From Minutocellus sp. GHC0000111 (Eukaryota), in assembly GCA_977018835.1 (NCBI GenBank), contig OZ361258.1:434001-498000 (forward strand): a stretch of DNA of 64,000 bases, read 5' to 3'. Of this stretch, positions 1-12,816 are shown in pieces. The notes under the pieces are model-generated. The model did no database searches. It had not been told where the DNA came from and worked only from the letters and a program-made list of their open reading frames with translations. Numbering within the stretch: the stretch's first letter is position 1; every line of letters begins with the position of its first letter. Position numbers and translations under genes: made by a program.

Positions 1-857
1 CAGGGGGGTAGATGGCTCTCCGCACGACTACACTCAACAGCAGCACATTAAAAATTAAAGCTAGCTATCAAAGGATAGGATCAAAGAAGAAAGAAAGATA
101 TGAAGAACAGTTGTTCTCAAACAAAGAAGGCGTGGCAACAATTGCAACGCATGGGGACCCGGAACTCTCTAAGTCCGGGGAGGAAACATCTGGTAGAAGC
201 GCAAAAACGCTCATGCCCAACACCCGAGAGGATGGGCCGCAGCAGGGGCGACCGAATGTCACTCCCCTCGACAATGTGGCTACCATCATGGGTACCATCA
301 GCATTCTTAGAATCCGAATGCCAGAAAATCAAAGGCTTGAGAAGAGCGAACCATTCCTTGGATGTAGAAAATGTAAATCAAAACAATCAACCTGTGTTCG
401 AGCACACACCCGAAAAAGGGCCGCGGATGAGACATGATGCCAAGAGAGCCACAGTCGCCCAATCCACCCAGAATTGCAGAGATGCGGGCCCATGCTTCTC
501 TTCTTTGTGGGGAGGTGTCGTTGCGTAAGTTTTGAATGACGTGTTGGTGAAATGACGTTATTTACCAACGAAGAAGAGGCCTTGGAAGTTCTGAAATGAA
601 AACGGGTTCCATCACGGGCAGCTTGTTCCCACCTTCTTTCTGACTTCGCCATTCGTAGGCCACAAAGGCGTTCTCAGATCTTACGACGGGAAATTCCCAT
701 CTCCAGGCGGAAAAACGACCTCGCCATCAAAATATTTTGTCAAGAGGACTTGGAATTTGTCATAACACCATCCCATTCACAACCATCCAAGGAAACGCCC
801 ACCACGTAATCTCTCACTTTGTTGGTTGAAGAGAAAGAGTGAAAGAGTGAAATAGCA

Positions 858-2087
858 ATGAACTTTGATCTCAGCACTGAATTGGAAGTAGGAACCAAGC
901 TCTTGCGGAGGAACTCTCCCGATTCCGTCGCCCTCGACCTCGCAGACGCCATGGTCAGGAAACAAATGGCAGGCCAGCACAGATCGACCTCGCTGTGCGG
1001 CGAAAGTGCGGAAACTTCCGACGGCAGTTTGCCTCCCCCGCCGTCCGCCGGAGAGAAGGACAACGCTGCCCTTCTCCACGACCTCCATATCGGCGGCAAG
1101 AAGTCGGACACTATTAGTAAATCGGCACAAGTCGTCGGTACCGCCGATGATGCCGAGGCCTACCAAGTTCGAAAGACACGTCCGGCGTCCTTCCGACGAG
1201 ACAGCATCGAGCACAACAAGCGTCAGTCGCCCACCCGACTTCGGGACGATATGCCCGGTGGCCCATCTTCCTCTTCTTCGCTACCGCCGACGCAAATTAT
1301 CGTTCCGAACAAGACCAGCAAAACTACTCGCCGCCGCTCGTCCCTCAAGAAGACCAAGCCGGAAGATTCCGTAGCCACCTCCTCGACCAGATCCCTGTCG
1401 ACCTCTTCCGCCAAACGCAAACGCGTCAGCTTCAACGCCGACGTCCGAATGAAGAAGATTGAACGTCCCGACGAAGAGCAGCTCGCCTGGTCCTGGCTCT
1501 CCAAGGAGGAGCGGGCCGAAATCCAAATGCAGGCCAAGGCCGACCTCAAGATCATCAAGCGCATCTCCAAGGAACCCGACCAGTCCAGCCCGGACATTCG
1601 GGCCATCCGCAAGACCATCAGCCTCCGCGGCCTCGAGCAGTTCTTCTCCAAGCGCACCCTCCGCGACCTCAAGGAGGAGCAGCAGGACGTCATCTACGGC
1701 GTCCTCGAGGCGCAGGAGCTGCAGAGGCAGGTCGACCGGCACATGTACGGTGCCTACGGACCCCGGCAGCTGGCCAACCTGAGCGCCGAGCTCAGCCAAT
1801 CGGCCCGGGTCCGGGCCACCCGCCAAGGCCGGGAGGATGAGGCCGCCGTCGTTTCCTACCTCGGCCGGACGTCCAGGGCGGCCGCCGAGCCAGGATTTGC
1901 CTTCCATCAGCGTTCTTCGTCGTCGTCGAGCGGTGGTGGTCGGGCCACCCGCCGGGGGTCCATGCCCACGTCGACCGAAATGGTCAACGCCAACACCTCG
2001 TACCGGTCGGGCCTGTCCGGCCTCGGCGATTCCATCCGCTCCGCTCCGGGCACGAACCTGGACGGCAGCCGTCGCAAGAGTGGCTAG
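858..2087 (+). CDS. Diatom-type hypothetical protein, 409 aa (RVSF...W.S..E...RGLE motif family)
   Basis: Long GC3-rich ORF. Motifs KRVSFNADV, WLSKEE and LRGLEQ, plus an SARVRA helix, resemble an expanded diatom family of unknown function. Confidence 0.7.
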   Translation: MNFDLSTELEVGTKLLRRNSPDSVALDLADAMVRKQMAGQHRSTSLCGESAETSDGSLPPPPSAGEKDNAALLHDLHIGGKKSDTISKSAQVVGTADDAEAYQVRKTRPASFRRDSIEHNKRQSPTRLRDDMPGGPSSSSSLPPTQIIVPNKTSKTTRRRSSLKKTKPEDSVATSSTRSLSTSSAKRKRVSFNADVRMKKIERPDEEQLAWSWLSKEERAEIQMQAKADLKIIKRISKEPDQSSPDIRAIRKTISLRGLEQFFSKRTLRDLKEEQQDVIYGVLEAQELQRQVDRHMYGAYGPRQLANLSAELSQSARVRATRQGREDEAAVVSYLGRTSRAAAEPGFAFHQRSSSSSSGGGRATRRGSMPTSTEMVNANTSYRSGLSGLGDSIRSAPGTNLDGSRRKSG

Positions 2088-2254
2088 ATACTAGTAGATC
2101 TAGAGAGCAGACTACAGTCCCGAACCAACGACACACATTTTTGTACCAGTAAATTTTTTGCCATCCATACACACATTTTGAATCACCAACCCAGCATATA
2201 GCTCATAACATGAACTAATCTTATATAATGAGAATTTTGACTTTTCAGTATGGG

Positions 2255-3374
2255 TTATAGCACATTGCTGCCTTGTTGGTTGTCGATCCAACGTCGGTAG
2301 GCGCCGACCAGCCTGTCCATGGCGGGGATCATGTCATTGCGTATGGTCCTCAGTATTGTGGTACTGCCCGCCCTCTCCATTCGCTGTTTGGACATTGGAA
2401 ATAAGCGGATGAGGAGAGGTGGGACGTAAATCCTGGCCTCCAACCGGGCACGGTCTACAAAAATTATCCCATCTTCGTGATCGTCATTGTTCTTGGCCGG
2501 CTCGGCCCATATTCCTGTAGAGATACAACAAAGATACGATGTCAGACCTAGATGTAGATGACGATATATTGTGAAGCATGAGCAGTATACTGTACATAAA
2601 CTCACGAGTAAACCCAATGGTCTCGACGGCCTTCTGCTTTCCTCCGGTATTGTTGTCCTCGTGCGCCAGCATAATTTTGTCAAACAAATGGACCAAAAAT
2701 TGGGGACCCGTCGCCTCGAATTCCGTCTCCATCAACGTCAGGTGGACTTCTGGATATTCCCCATCAACAAACGTTTGTATTCCCACGTGCGTGACAGAAT
2801 GCAATATTAATCCCAAACAGTGCATGGGTGGGTTTGTCAGTCCCACTATTCTGGTTTGCGTGGAAGCTAAATGCGTAGATGTGGGTGCCAAACCTGCCTC
2901 GAGGCGTCGTTGCGCGTTGAGTCTGTGAAATGTGTCCATGAGCTCTTGCGATGGGTGGGTTATGTGATGTACTTCCGCTCGATCGGCAAACTGCAGGTCG
3001 ATATTTTCGGTGGCGGTAAAGAATTTGTGAAGGTTATGATGTTTGTGATGTGACTTCGCACTATTTGATGTCGACGATGCATGTGCTGGTAGGACGGGAA
3101 GGACGGCAGATCGCACTTCGTCCTGGGCCGTGAAGGTGACCACCTCCAGTTTCTTTCGTTTGGGAGCATGATTCGTGCTTGTCTCTGCGACGGATGGGCA
3201 GGTTTGATCGATGGCTTTGACATCAATGTCATCCTCTGTTGCTTTGCATTGATGTGACCGCAATGATGATGTCTCGTCTACAATCGATGCCACTGTCGAT
3301 GCGCCTGGAGCGAGGCACGTGTAGCCAAGCAGAAGGAGGGCTGTGCACTTGATGCACTTGAGAATCTTTGCCAT
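2255..3374 (-). CDS. Putative secreted/organellar protein with a DUF1997-like C-terminus; 1 intron (2515-2605)
   Basis: A GTGAGT donor at 2605 and a CAG acceptor ending at 2515 join ORF 2484-3470 to ORF 2255-2683 in frame (ETIGFT-R-IWAEP). The spliced CDS is 1029 nt. The N-terminus MAKILKCIKCTALLLL is hydrophobic. The DUF1997 call is by eye. Confidence 0.6.
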
Positions 3375-3770
3375 TGTTGGTTGATTTCCATCTTTTTTCA
3401 AGCTGGCATGCATGGGTGATTCGATTCTGATTCTGCTGGATTGCTGCGATTTTGGATTTTGGCTTCTCAAACTTTCCTCTTTTTCCTCTTTCGTTCCGAT
3501 TCCACTCAGATTGGTCCGTAAGTCGTCCGTTTCGTCACTTTCGACTGGATGGACACAGTTGCGTCAGCGCTTGTTAAATGTTCAGGGAGACAGAAAGTGA
3601 AAATATCCTTTTGCGATCGATACAATGGCCCCCTTCCGACGCGTCAGAGCCTCTGCCACGTTTCTCGACGCTTTGTTCCCTGGCGTCCGATCCCAGCCGG
3701 GCCAGCGGCGGCACTCCACGCCACCCTCACCAAAAGGGACCATAAGCCCAAGAGCCCAAGAGGAAGAGCC

Positions 3771-5951
3771 ATGAAGCAGTCCAAGAAGGCCTCCGTCTTC
3801 CTGATGGACGAACTCGACACGACGGTCCGTGGACCTCGCACCTCCCACTCCTCTTCTGCAACACAGCATCGTCGTCGTCGCGCCCTGCTCCTTCCGGCTG
3901 CCGCTCCGAGTGACGACGGAATCGGCGAGAAGGCACGAAAGAACACAACACCCTTCTCCTCAACCGGCAATGAATTCCACGAGGCCAAGCACAGACACCC
4001 TCGACCCGACGCCGACGTGGTTCGGGCACCGCCGTCCAAGTCCACCATGACACGGAGGGGTGGAATCCTGGGCCGTATCTTTGGCACGAAGAGTTCGAAG
4101 CCGTATCCGCCGGAGTCCAACACTACTTCCAGCATTAGAAATGACCGCTCGTCGGCAGTCACGCATGCCACCCTGCGCTCCTCCTCGGTCCACTCGATCA
4201 ATACTTCGGGCCATTCCCTGCATGGTCCTTCCTCCCCTCCCGCCAAGACCGGGGGCGCAAATAACATCCATGACGATGGCGCCGACGAGGAGCTGACGGA
4301 ATTCCTCCACGAGGTCCAAGACGGCACCTCGTCGATCCACGACCTCCTCGAAGGACGGCGGTGGAATGTTCTCCGCAGATATCTGCAAACCCGAGCCGGG
4401 AGGGAGGAGGTCCTCGTGCTCGACCTCGATCTCAATGCCGAGATATCGTCATCGCCATCGTCATCGGCGGCGGCATCGCCGGACCAAGACGACGAGGCTT
4501 GCGGCACCAGTAGTAGTGCGATGCCCAACCCCCTCCACCTGGCGCTGTGGAGCGGTGCCCCCGCGCACATTGTCGCGCAGATGCTCGGAATTCGACCCAG
4601 CCTGGCCGTCCACACCGACGACTTTGGCAGAGCGGCGCTGCACATTGCCTGTTTGACCACCCACCTCGATTTGGGGTTGGAGGGTGGTGACGATAATGGT
4701 GAGGAGGAGGATAGCGAGGACGACAACGTTGAAGATGATGACGACCAACACTACCGAGGCCACAAGCTCGACCCCGACCTCCACGACGGAACCTACGACG
4801 AGCTCGCCCTGTCCGCCCGCCGCCTCCAGACCGCCGCCCAGGACCGCATCAGGGCCGAAAGGCGCCGGGCCCGTCTGGCAGCCCGTCGGAGGGCCCAAAG
4901 GGCCGAACGTCTCCGGATATTTGCCATATTGCGCAAACTGATCGCCACCGACCCCTCCATCGTCAACCGACCGGAGGCCGAGGGATTGTGTTGCATCGAG
5001 ATTGCCATACTGTGCGGTGCCGACAACGAGGTCGTGTATCTGTTGAGAAAGTGCAGCGAGGCCCACTGGAAGGAGGTGGAGGCCATCCAGAAGACACATG
5101 TAAGTGGAAGCAGTACATGTAGCATCGACATGGTACCCGATGGGCACAGGTTGGTGGAGGATGTGGTGGCCGACATGGTGTCCAGGGGCATCGTGTCGAC
5201 CAACACCGCCGCTGCATCCCGTGTCACGACCTCCTCCAATACCGACCTCACCACCGTCGTCGCCAGTACTAGCACCAATACCAGCAGCGACGCTGACAGT
5301 CGCAGCCCTACCGGCACTGCCAACGACCACGACCAATACCAGCAGAACCGTCCACCCCTCCGCCGGGGCAACTCGTGGTGGAGACTCCGCAAGCGCGCGA
5401 CGCTGTCGGACTACCTCAGCCAGTCCTTCCACAAGGCCGGTCCCCTCCTGGCCGCCGACGTGCACCACCAGACCGACGATAACAACAAGACCTACAAGAC
5501 CAAGAAATGGACCAAGACGAAGAAGAATAATGACAACCACAACAAGACCTACAACATGAAGACCTACAAGACCAAGAAGAGAACCAAGGCCACTCCCAAA
5601 CCACCCTCGAAGGAGAGAGCCTACGCCAAGTACGACATTGCACCAGTTGCACCAGCCGTAGCCATCGATGACCAGATTATGGAGGGCATCTTCGCCGACG
5701 ACGATGTCTTCTTCTCGTACGTTCCGCCCGCCGGATTTGCCACCGCGGGCAGCAGCAAGAGCAGCGGCGGTACCGACACGAACCAAAAGATGAAGGCGGC
5801 CAAGATGTCGTACGAGCCTCATCCCTACCTGACGTTCGGGAGCGATTCCGACTCGGTCAACTCCTTGGCGTCGTCCTCGTCCGAATTGTCGACTGTGGTG
5901 ATTCCCCTGAGGGACGACGATCGCAACACGTACCGGGCCGTCACCGCGTAA
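3771..5951 (+). CDS. Ankyrin-repeat-like protein with low-complexity flanks
   Basis: Ankyrin-like motifs NPLHLAL, GRAALHIAC and EGLCCIEIAIL. The likely start is MKQSKK at 3771, although the ORF is open from 3549. Confidence 0.7.
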   Translation: MKQSKKASVFLMDELDTTVRGPRTSHSSSATQHRRRRALLLPAAAPSDDGIGEKARKNTTPFSSTGNEFHEAKHRHPRPDADVVRAPPSKSTMTRRGGILGRIFGTKSSKPYPPESNTTSSIRNDRSSAVTHATLRSSSVHSINTSGHSLHGPSSPPAKTGGANNIHDDGADEELTEFLHEVQDGTSSIHDLLEGRRWNVLRRYLQTRAGREEVLVLDLDLNAEISSSPSSSAAASPDQDDEACGTSSSAMPNPLHLALWSGAPAHIVAQMLGIRPSLAVHTDDFGRAALHIACLTTHLDLGLEGGDDNGEEEDSEDDNVEDDDDQHYRGHKLDPDLHDGTYDELALSARRLQTAAQDRIRAERRRARLAARRRAQRAERLRIFAILRKLIATDPSIVNRPEAEGLCCIEIAILCGADNEVVYLLRKCSEAHWKEVEAIQKTHVSGSSTCSIDMVPDGHRLVEDVVADMVSRGIVSTNTAAASRVTTSSNTDLTTVVASTSTNTSSDADSRSPTGTANDHDQYQQNRPPLRRGNSWWRLRKRATLSDYLSQSFHKAGPLLAADVHHQTDDNNKTYKTKKWTKTKKNNDNHNKTYNMKTYKTKKRTKATPKPPSKERAYAKYDIAPVAPAVAIDDQIMEGIFADDDVFFSYVPPAGFATAGSSKSSGGTDTNQKMKAAKMSYEPHPYLTFGSDSDSVNSLASSSSELSTVVIPLRDDDRNTYRAVTA

Positions 5952-6132
5952 ATCAACCGATGCGCGACCGATGGGGGGTATGATGGCGAAGAGAAACAAT
6001 TTTGATCTATGTGGCCAACGCCTGGCCAAACTACAATATGTAATTGAATTCATAACAATAAAAGACTATAAGATTTAGACTAAAGAAAATACATTTGTAT
6101 CTCCCTCGACTTTCCTCCTACTGGGGGCCTGC

Positions 6133-7020
6133 TCAGCACTTCCATACATCTTCTCCCTTTCGGTGCTTCTCCCTCTGCTCGCTCCAGACCTCCTTCTGAG
6201 CCTGGTGGCAGGCTCGGTAGATCGATGCCATCTCCTCCTTGCTGACGAACTCCTTTCCAGGTCGATCATTGTTGTAGATATGCTTGAGAGCGTCGAGGGA
6301 AGGCTGCATCCCGGCTTCAGCCGCTACCTTCCAGTGCTGGATGCCGAGCTCGTGATTGCCTCGGTCGTATGAGACGGTGCCGCATTCATGACGAGCCCCG
6401 ATGTCTCCTCGGACCGCCGCTGTTAGGCGAAAGAGGTCTGCTTTCTCAGGGTCTATCTCGATGGTCTCGCATCCCCCGTCCTTGAGGAGCCTAGAGAGCA
6501 TGAGGCACGATTCAGAAGATCCCAGTTCAATACTTTGAAGTAAGTGATAAAGGCCATTCATCTGAAGAGTTGGATTTTTCAGAAATTTTTCCGCGAGAAT
6601 GTCGTTTGCTGTAACGTCGCCGCGCGAAGCCTGCGCTTCAATCAGCTTCATCTCCTCCTCAAAGGGCAAACAAGGCTCAGGCGGACGACAAAAAGGAGAA
6701 AGTCTCGTTCTTTCATAGTATTGGCCTCCGTGCTTTTTCGTCAGAACAGCAGTCTCCTCGTCGTAGCAACCACAGCAAACTTTGTTGCCGCAGCATTCCA
6801 GGTAGGTAAACTAGGACGAGGCTCGCGAAAAAGACATAAAGCACAGTGCGCATTCACCCATCGGTAGTAAATGGGCAAAGAGGTCGGTACCCTTGCACTC
6901 CTCTTGACACTTCCCAGCTAAGACACCAAGCCACTTGACGATCTCCACTGGAGTGAGTTCCTTCGGACTAGTCTTCTGAGAAGTACTGATGTTGTTGTTG
7001 TTGTTGCGGTTGCTATCCAT
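6133..7020 (-). pseudogene. RING-like + Sel1-like repeat protein with an in-frame TAG at 6811-6813
   Basis: ORFs 6811-7020 and 6133-6669 are in the same frame. The read-through gives ECALCFMSFSRASS*FTYLECCGNKVCCGC...SPFCR, followed by ARHECG...QHWKVAAEAGMQPSLD, as in diatom RING/Sel1 families. Confidence 0.75.
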
Positions 7021-7215
7021 TATTTGTATTCAAATGATGCAGATTGATTCTAGTGTTTGTTGTTTGACGTTTGAGTAGTATTGTGAGGCTGAACAGGCGC
7101 TTATTTGCGTGTCTGAGTGCTTCTCCGCCGAATTCTTGAGTGGGGATTGCCCTCTAGCAAGACGCGTTGCTCAATGGAATAGATTTACCTTGAGATTACT
7201 CTACAATAAACATAG

Positions 7216-10200
7216 CTACTTCGTAGCCACTACCGAGCCTTTTGCCCCAGTAGCAACAGCCACTGGAGCCGTCTCTTGCTTTCCGCTCTTACTGCCTTTA
7301 CCAGAATCGTCTGCTGGACCCTCCAACATCCTTCTAGCCACACCGAGCAGGGCAAATCCAAGCACAACCTTGACAACGAGCGTGAGGAAGAAGACACCAA
7401 ACATGGCGCCGGCCAGCGTGGCCCATCGGCCCTCGGTATACCAAAATGCAAAAGTATTGAAGAAATACTCAGGCCCGGCGTCACCATGGGAAAAGACAAT
7501 GGCATAACGCATCGCCTCGCTGAGAAATCGCAGCATAACGCATACGATGGGAATCTGGGAGAATCCCAATCTCTTGACGACAGCGTGGGTATGATTGAGA
7601 TTAATGCCCTCGTGGCCGATACCGGTGAGATCGCCCGCCAGGATCAAGGCATAGTCGGGGTACACGCTACTCTTTATGAAGTTGAATTTGGTAATGAAGC
7701 TATGCTTGATCCAATCCGAAAAGAGCTCGGCGACGAGGACAACGCCGCAGATATAAAAGTACTGCAGAATCTTGGCCTGATTCATTCCGCCCTGGAAGCA
7801 GTTGAGGATAAGGATGAGAACAAGGAATAGAGCCAGCTTGAATCGTTCGCAGATATCCGAGGTGGTGATCTTGAAGAGATTCTGCTTGTTGTACTTCTTG
7901 AAGACGGTGGACTTGATCTCGGCAAAGTTGCCGCTGATGATTAGACTGAGGAGGGCATGGTCGGAGGAGTTCATGGCCACATTCAGCGTCGCAACGTGAA
8001 GGAACAGAAGTAGACTGTGGAAGGTAGCGTAAATTAGCACCACCGTGGTACTGATAATCATCCGGGGGTGGTATGGGCGTCGATTGCAGTTCCAGTATAG
8101 ACTATCGAGCGCATCTTGACCGATAGAACACAACAAACGATCAAAGACCTCGACGATGGCAATGAGAACATACAACTTCAGCATGGCCTGGCCGCGGATC
8201 CAGTGGTAGAGAACGCCGATGGATATCGGCATTAGGACTTTTCGGTATACGACGATAACTACCGACATTTGCAAAATCTGATACAAGTGCCGCCGGTGAA
8301 AGCTGCAGACGCCGAATCCCTTCCTCGGTCGGATGATGGACGCTGCAAGGCAAATACAGCTCCATAGAAACTTGATTGGGAGGATCGTGAGAGCATAGAG
8401 AAATGCATCCGTGCAGATCCAAAACGAAAAGAAGAGCAACGTCTCCAGTTTGGCGGGAACGCGGAGAAACTCCTCCATGTTGGCATCAACGTCATCGGCG
8501 GCCGACCCCTCTTGTCGAGATGAGTCGATCATCATCTCCTTCTTGATGTACGTCATCATACTCTGGCGCCCAGGTACCTCGGGACTCTTGAGGCTCTTGG
8601 ACGGCGGCGAGGTGGTCTGCTGCTTCTTCTCGAGGATATCGCTGGATTCCTTATGCTTCAAAGGCGTTGCCTTGATCGACGAGGGAGGTGCCGATGACTT
8701 GAGCTTTCTGCTACTCGACGACTCTTTGGTCGAGGAGGGCTTGCTCCTGCAGGACCAGTACCATCTTTGGACGACGCAATCGATGTAGACCGAACCTTGG
8801 ATGAAAGAGACGCTGAAGAATTACTGCGAGATGGTGGCTTGGATCTCTCTTCCTTGTCATCTTTGGATCTGTCCTCGGATTTCTTCCTCAGTTTCTTCTC
8901 GCTCTTATCATCGAGGTCCAGGTTCGGCATTTCCATCTTGTTGGGCGGGGCCTTTCCATCCAATCGGCCACTGTGAGGCCTCGGAGCTAGCGTTGGTGTT
9001 GGCGTGGATTTGAGCACTTCACCGGAATTCTTTTTCTTCGTTTCCTCATTGTCCGCCTCCTCGACTTGTGTATCATTGTCGATGACGGGAACTATGGGAC
9101 TCGGTGGAACAGGCGACAGCCTCGGCTTTCGGCTGCTCTTTCGTACGGTGGCCAACGGCGTGGCTTTCACTGCCTCCTGGTTGATCTCCCGTTCAAGCTG
9201 CTCGGCCACATCAAAGGAGTAGGATCGTCGTGTGCCGGCCTTTCTCCGCCTTCGTAGAGCGTCGACGTGCTCTTGGCTATATGATCGGTACTCCAAATCG
9301 GGCGTTGGCTGTGCAGGCGTAGCATCGGCGTTGACACTGATGGCGGGGGTTGCAAGAGGCGGTTTTCCTGTACCATCGAGCCTCGGCGGTGACGGTATGG
9401 CTGCTGATTTGCCATCTGATTTCTCAGCATCACCAGTATCTTTACTATTGACAGTCTGCGCGGCAACTCGCCGAGGCAGTGGAGATGGAGAGTCCAGAGG
9501 TAAGACATTTGAATGGGCCAGGTCCGGAGCCGCCGGCGTTTCAGTGACCGATGGTGGAGTCGCTTCTTCATGCTCCAACGTCCGAGCGGGGGTCGCAGTT
9601 ATTGCCCCGGGAGTTCCACTCATTGTCGCTGCCATTGCTGCTGCCTGGGCTGCGACCGGTGATATCGCAGCATCACCATTGACGGCGGTACCATTCTGCC
9701 GTTGTTGCTGTTGCTGCGCCATGAGCAGATCGGTCAACCTCGTCACCATCCGTTCCAGCTCGTCAATCCGCCCCTCCAACGCGGTATTCTGCACATGGCC
9801 CTGCTCCGCCGACGACGCGGACGAGTCACTCGCCTGCCCTCCACCTTCCTCCTCATCCGTCTCCTCGTAAATGATCCCCGACGCACCGCTCCCGGCGTCA
9901 CTGCCATCGCCACGTGGGCTGGAGCGCATGTGCGAGTTGACCCGACTTCGATTCCCACCTCCGCCTTGCTGTCCCAGATCGAACAAGGCCGGCTGACTCT
10001 CGGAAAACATGGCCGGGAGGCTCGAAAGCGCCGGCATCCGCTGCGGATGCGACGCCGACGGACCACGGTACCGCATGTCCATGCTGTTGGTGGGTGTGTA
10101 CTCGGTGGTGTTGATGTCGGTCTCGGCCATTAGTTGGAGGGTCTTTTGCAAGGCAGTCGGGTAATTGACGGCGGTGTTGTTGGAAATGGATTCCGCAGGT

Positions 10201-10955
10201 TCGGTGGTATCTTCGGTTTCTTCCACAATACCATCAGCAACTGGAGACGATGACGGCGGTGACAGTTGGGGAGAAGACGATTTCGTTGGTTCGACGGGAG
10301 AGTTGCTGTTAGTGTCATCCTCATTGTTTGTATCCTCGAGTTGTTGTTGGTCTTTGCGCTCATGCGATTCCTCTGACTTGTTTTCTTGAATAGTTGCCGG
10401 TGCGATATCTTCTTCCTGTTGCTGCTGCTCCTCTCCAGAGTCGCCGCTTTTGCTGTTCGTGTCCATATCCCCATCTCCAACGTCATCATCGTCAATGAGC
10501 TCATTGGACTCCACCTCCGATATGTTTATCAAAAGGTCTTCGTCCTCATCGTCGTCATCATCGTGCTCAAATGAGGCCAACGCTTCGGCTAACTCGGGAC
10601 ACCCTCTGCTTGCTTTCGGAGTTTCCAGTTGCGGGGAATTCACAATGGTATTTTTGTTTGTTCCCATCGATGTTTGTTTGGTATCAGTATTATCATCGGC
10701 AATAGCGCCAGGTGGAACCTCACTTGTATCCATCTTGGAATCCCCATGCGCGCCAACACCATTCTCGGCGGGATGGGACGCCTGCTCACAGCCATCTTCT
10801 TCATGAGCAGCTGCTTGCAAAGATACTGCTGGTCCATTTATTTGCTGCTCGCCTTCTTCAGAATCGGTGGAGACCGGGGCCATCAGCTGACTCGTCGGTC
10901 CATCTGACGATAATGCCTTCTGGGCGTCGCTCGTAGTAGCGGTGCCGCTGCTCAT
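7216..10955 (-). CDS. TAPT1: TAPT1/EMP65-like (DUF747) membrane protein with a long acidic N-terminus; 1-nt frameshift near 8746
   Basis: C-terminal motifs HWIRGQAMLKLYV, SGNFAEIKSTVFKK, SDICERF and DWIKHSFITKFN. The frame of ORF 7216-8661 runs upstream as SKPSSTKESS and joins ORF 8658-11024 by a single-base indel at GCA GG^AGC. Confidence 0.8.
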
Positions 10956-11499
10956 GACGTGCCAAAATAAGTAGCAAACAATATCAGAAATATCGACCAC
11001 TGCAGTGTTGAGATATGAACGCAATTAAATTGAGGCGGTATCGGGTGCAATCTTCTCTACCGACTACACATGATGTGCTCGTTTCTCGGCAAAGTAACTT
11101 GGCACCGGGAAATCGATGGATGGCCGGGGCGCGAGAAAAATTCACTGAACCCGCGATGATGTCAGTGCGACCTGTTTACGAAGAGGTATGCGGGTATTTC
11201 AAAACGGAAGAACAGTCACCCTCCCAGATGCAGCAGCAGCAATTCCTCGCCTATGCTGTTGTTAAAAAAGGGGTCTATGTCTAGATACCGCCCTACAGCT
11301 TGCTAACAAACTGATTTACCAAAGTGAATTGGTAGCGGGCCAACAAAATGAAGTGAATTCATTCTGAGGTTTCGTTTCTCCAGTTGGCCTGAGTTTCCCG
11401 TCTCTCCAAAGTTTCTCAGAGGTGTAAAGTTGTCGCGGTAGGGCAATGCAAGAACCCGAACGTCTAACCTCCTATGAAACCGATAATAAAAATAATCAA

Positions 11500-11870
11500 C
11501 CAAAATTGTTTTGCGCGTGATAAAGTGACTTGAAAGAACCTGGTTGGAGGCCCAACTTGTCCTCCACCCTTGCTCCCCATCGATCAACATGTCTCGACAA
11601 CATTAGCGCTGCTCCACCATGCTTCCCGTCGTCCGGTTCGCATCCGTGGAAATGCATCACCATGCCATGGTGTGATTCCTCCTCGTCACTCTCTTGCAAA
11701 GTTGCCTGCCAGCACGTAACATCGTTATTGTGCTGGCAGGCACGCAAAGCAGCTTCACGCCGCTTTGTGTGCATGACAATGGTTGATTTTCCTTCGGTTT
11801 CCCAGTGCTTGTCTCTCTACCTGCGGTGACATTCGACACGTTCTGAATAACGATGGAAAGGGATGAATAT
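11500..11870 (-). mobile_element. Possible degraded LINE APE-endonuclease relic
   Basis: Fragments LSIVIQNVS ... DVTCWQAT ... HGMVMHFHG ... GKHGGAALMLS follow the order and spacing of the APE motifs (xxNVxG, DvxxLQET, GGVaillS). Frameshifted. Confidence 0.35.
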
Positions 11871-12816
11871 TTCGAGGCTCTCTTGTGGTCCCTCCGACTC
11901 CAGCTAGAGCCAGACATTGAGAGTAGGAGGTTTACAGTGTCCTCTAGGAGGACTTCGACCGAAGAAATAGGTGAGGACCTTTTCGTTCACGGCGTCTAAC
12001 ACCAAGGTAGGTAACTTGCAACGTATAGAACGTTACAAAGTCCCTCTCCGCGAGTAGAAATGCTGCTATGGTGCCCCAGCTAACTCTTGTCCAGTCCACT
12101 ACCGAGAGCTGCTGCCTTGCGCGGTTGTTGCAGCATGGCAATGGTGGTGGAGACTAACGGAGGGGTAGCCTCCCCGCTAAAAACCTCAAACCTCGAGGCC
12201 TGGAAACGCCTAAAAGACGACATCTCAGGAACCCCTAGACGGATTTTCTTCAAACCAAATGGCATTGAAGCGGAATCGTCTACTTGTAACAGTTCGACCT
12301 GTTTCAAAAGGTTAGATGATGGTTTCAGAAACGGGAGGAAATCTTTGACATCATATATTATTGGCAATGACAAGATTTCTCAAATGCGCGTCAGAGACAC
12401 GAAATGCCTGAAGCAATGTTTCTGCCAGTGCCATGAATTGGCGTGTTGTTTCAATGCCGATGTTTCAGATCTGTCGCTTGCCGGTTCTCTTCCGCCCTTC
12501 TTTTTCGGCCTCGCAGTCTCGGTGGTTTTCCGCCCCAAAACGAGAAATCTGAGCTGACACATTTCGATTTCTTTCTTGCTGGCTCGTCACCAAAACTCGA
12601 TACTGCGGAACTGAATTTTCATTCCTGAGCCTTATCGACATTTCTGGCATTGAGGCCTGCATAGTGCAGTCGAAACATTTCCGCGTCTTGCAACCAAGGA
12701 TGCCGGAATACGCATAAATCTCTGCTTTGTGCTCACTTTTCTCGATTGCTCGTCCGTCTTCTTGGAAGCTCCTCTGGTGAACCGCAGACCCATACTCGTC
12801 TGCTCTGAAAGCAAGA

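Noticed and set aside
1..700. Short ORFs at the window start
   Set aside because: No recognisable motifs and no consistent frame.
4461..6053. Long antisense ORFs (also 49351-50352, 42883-43866, 57548-58726)
   Set aside because: Shadows of GC3-rich genes on the opposite strand.
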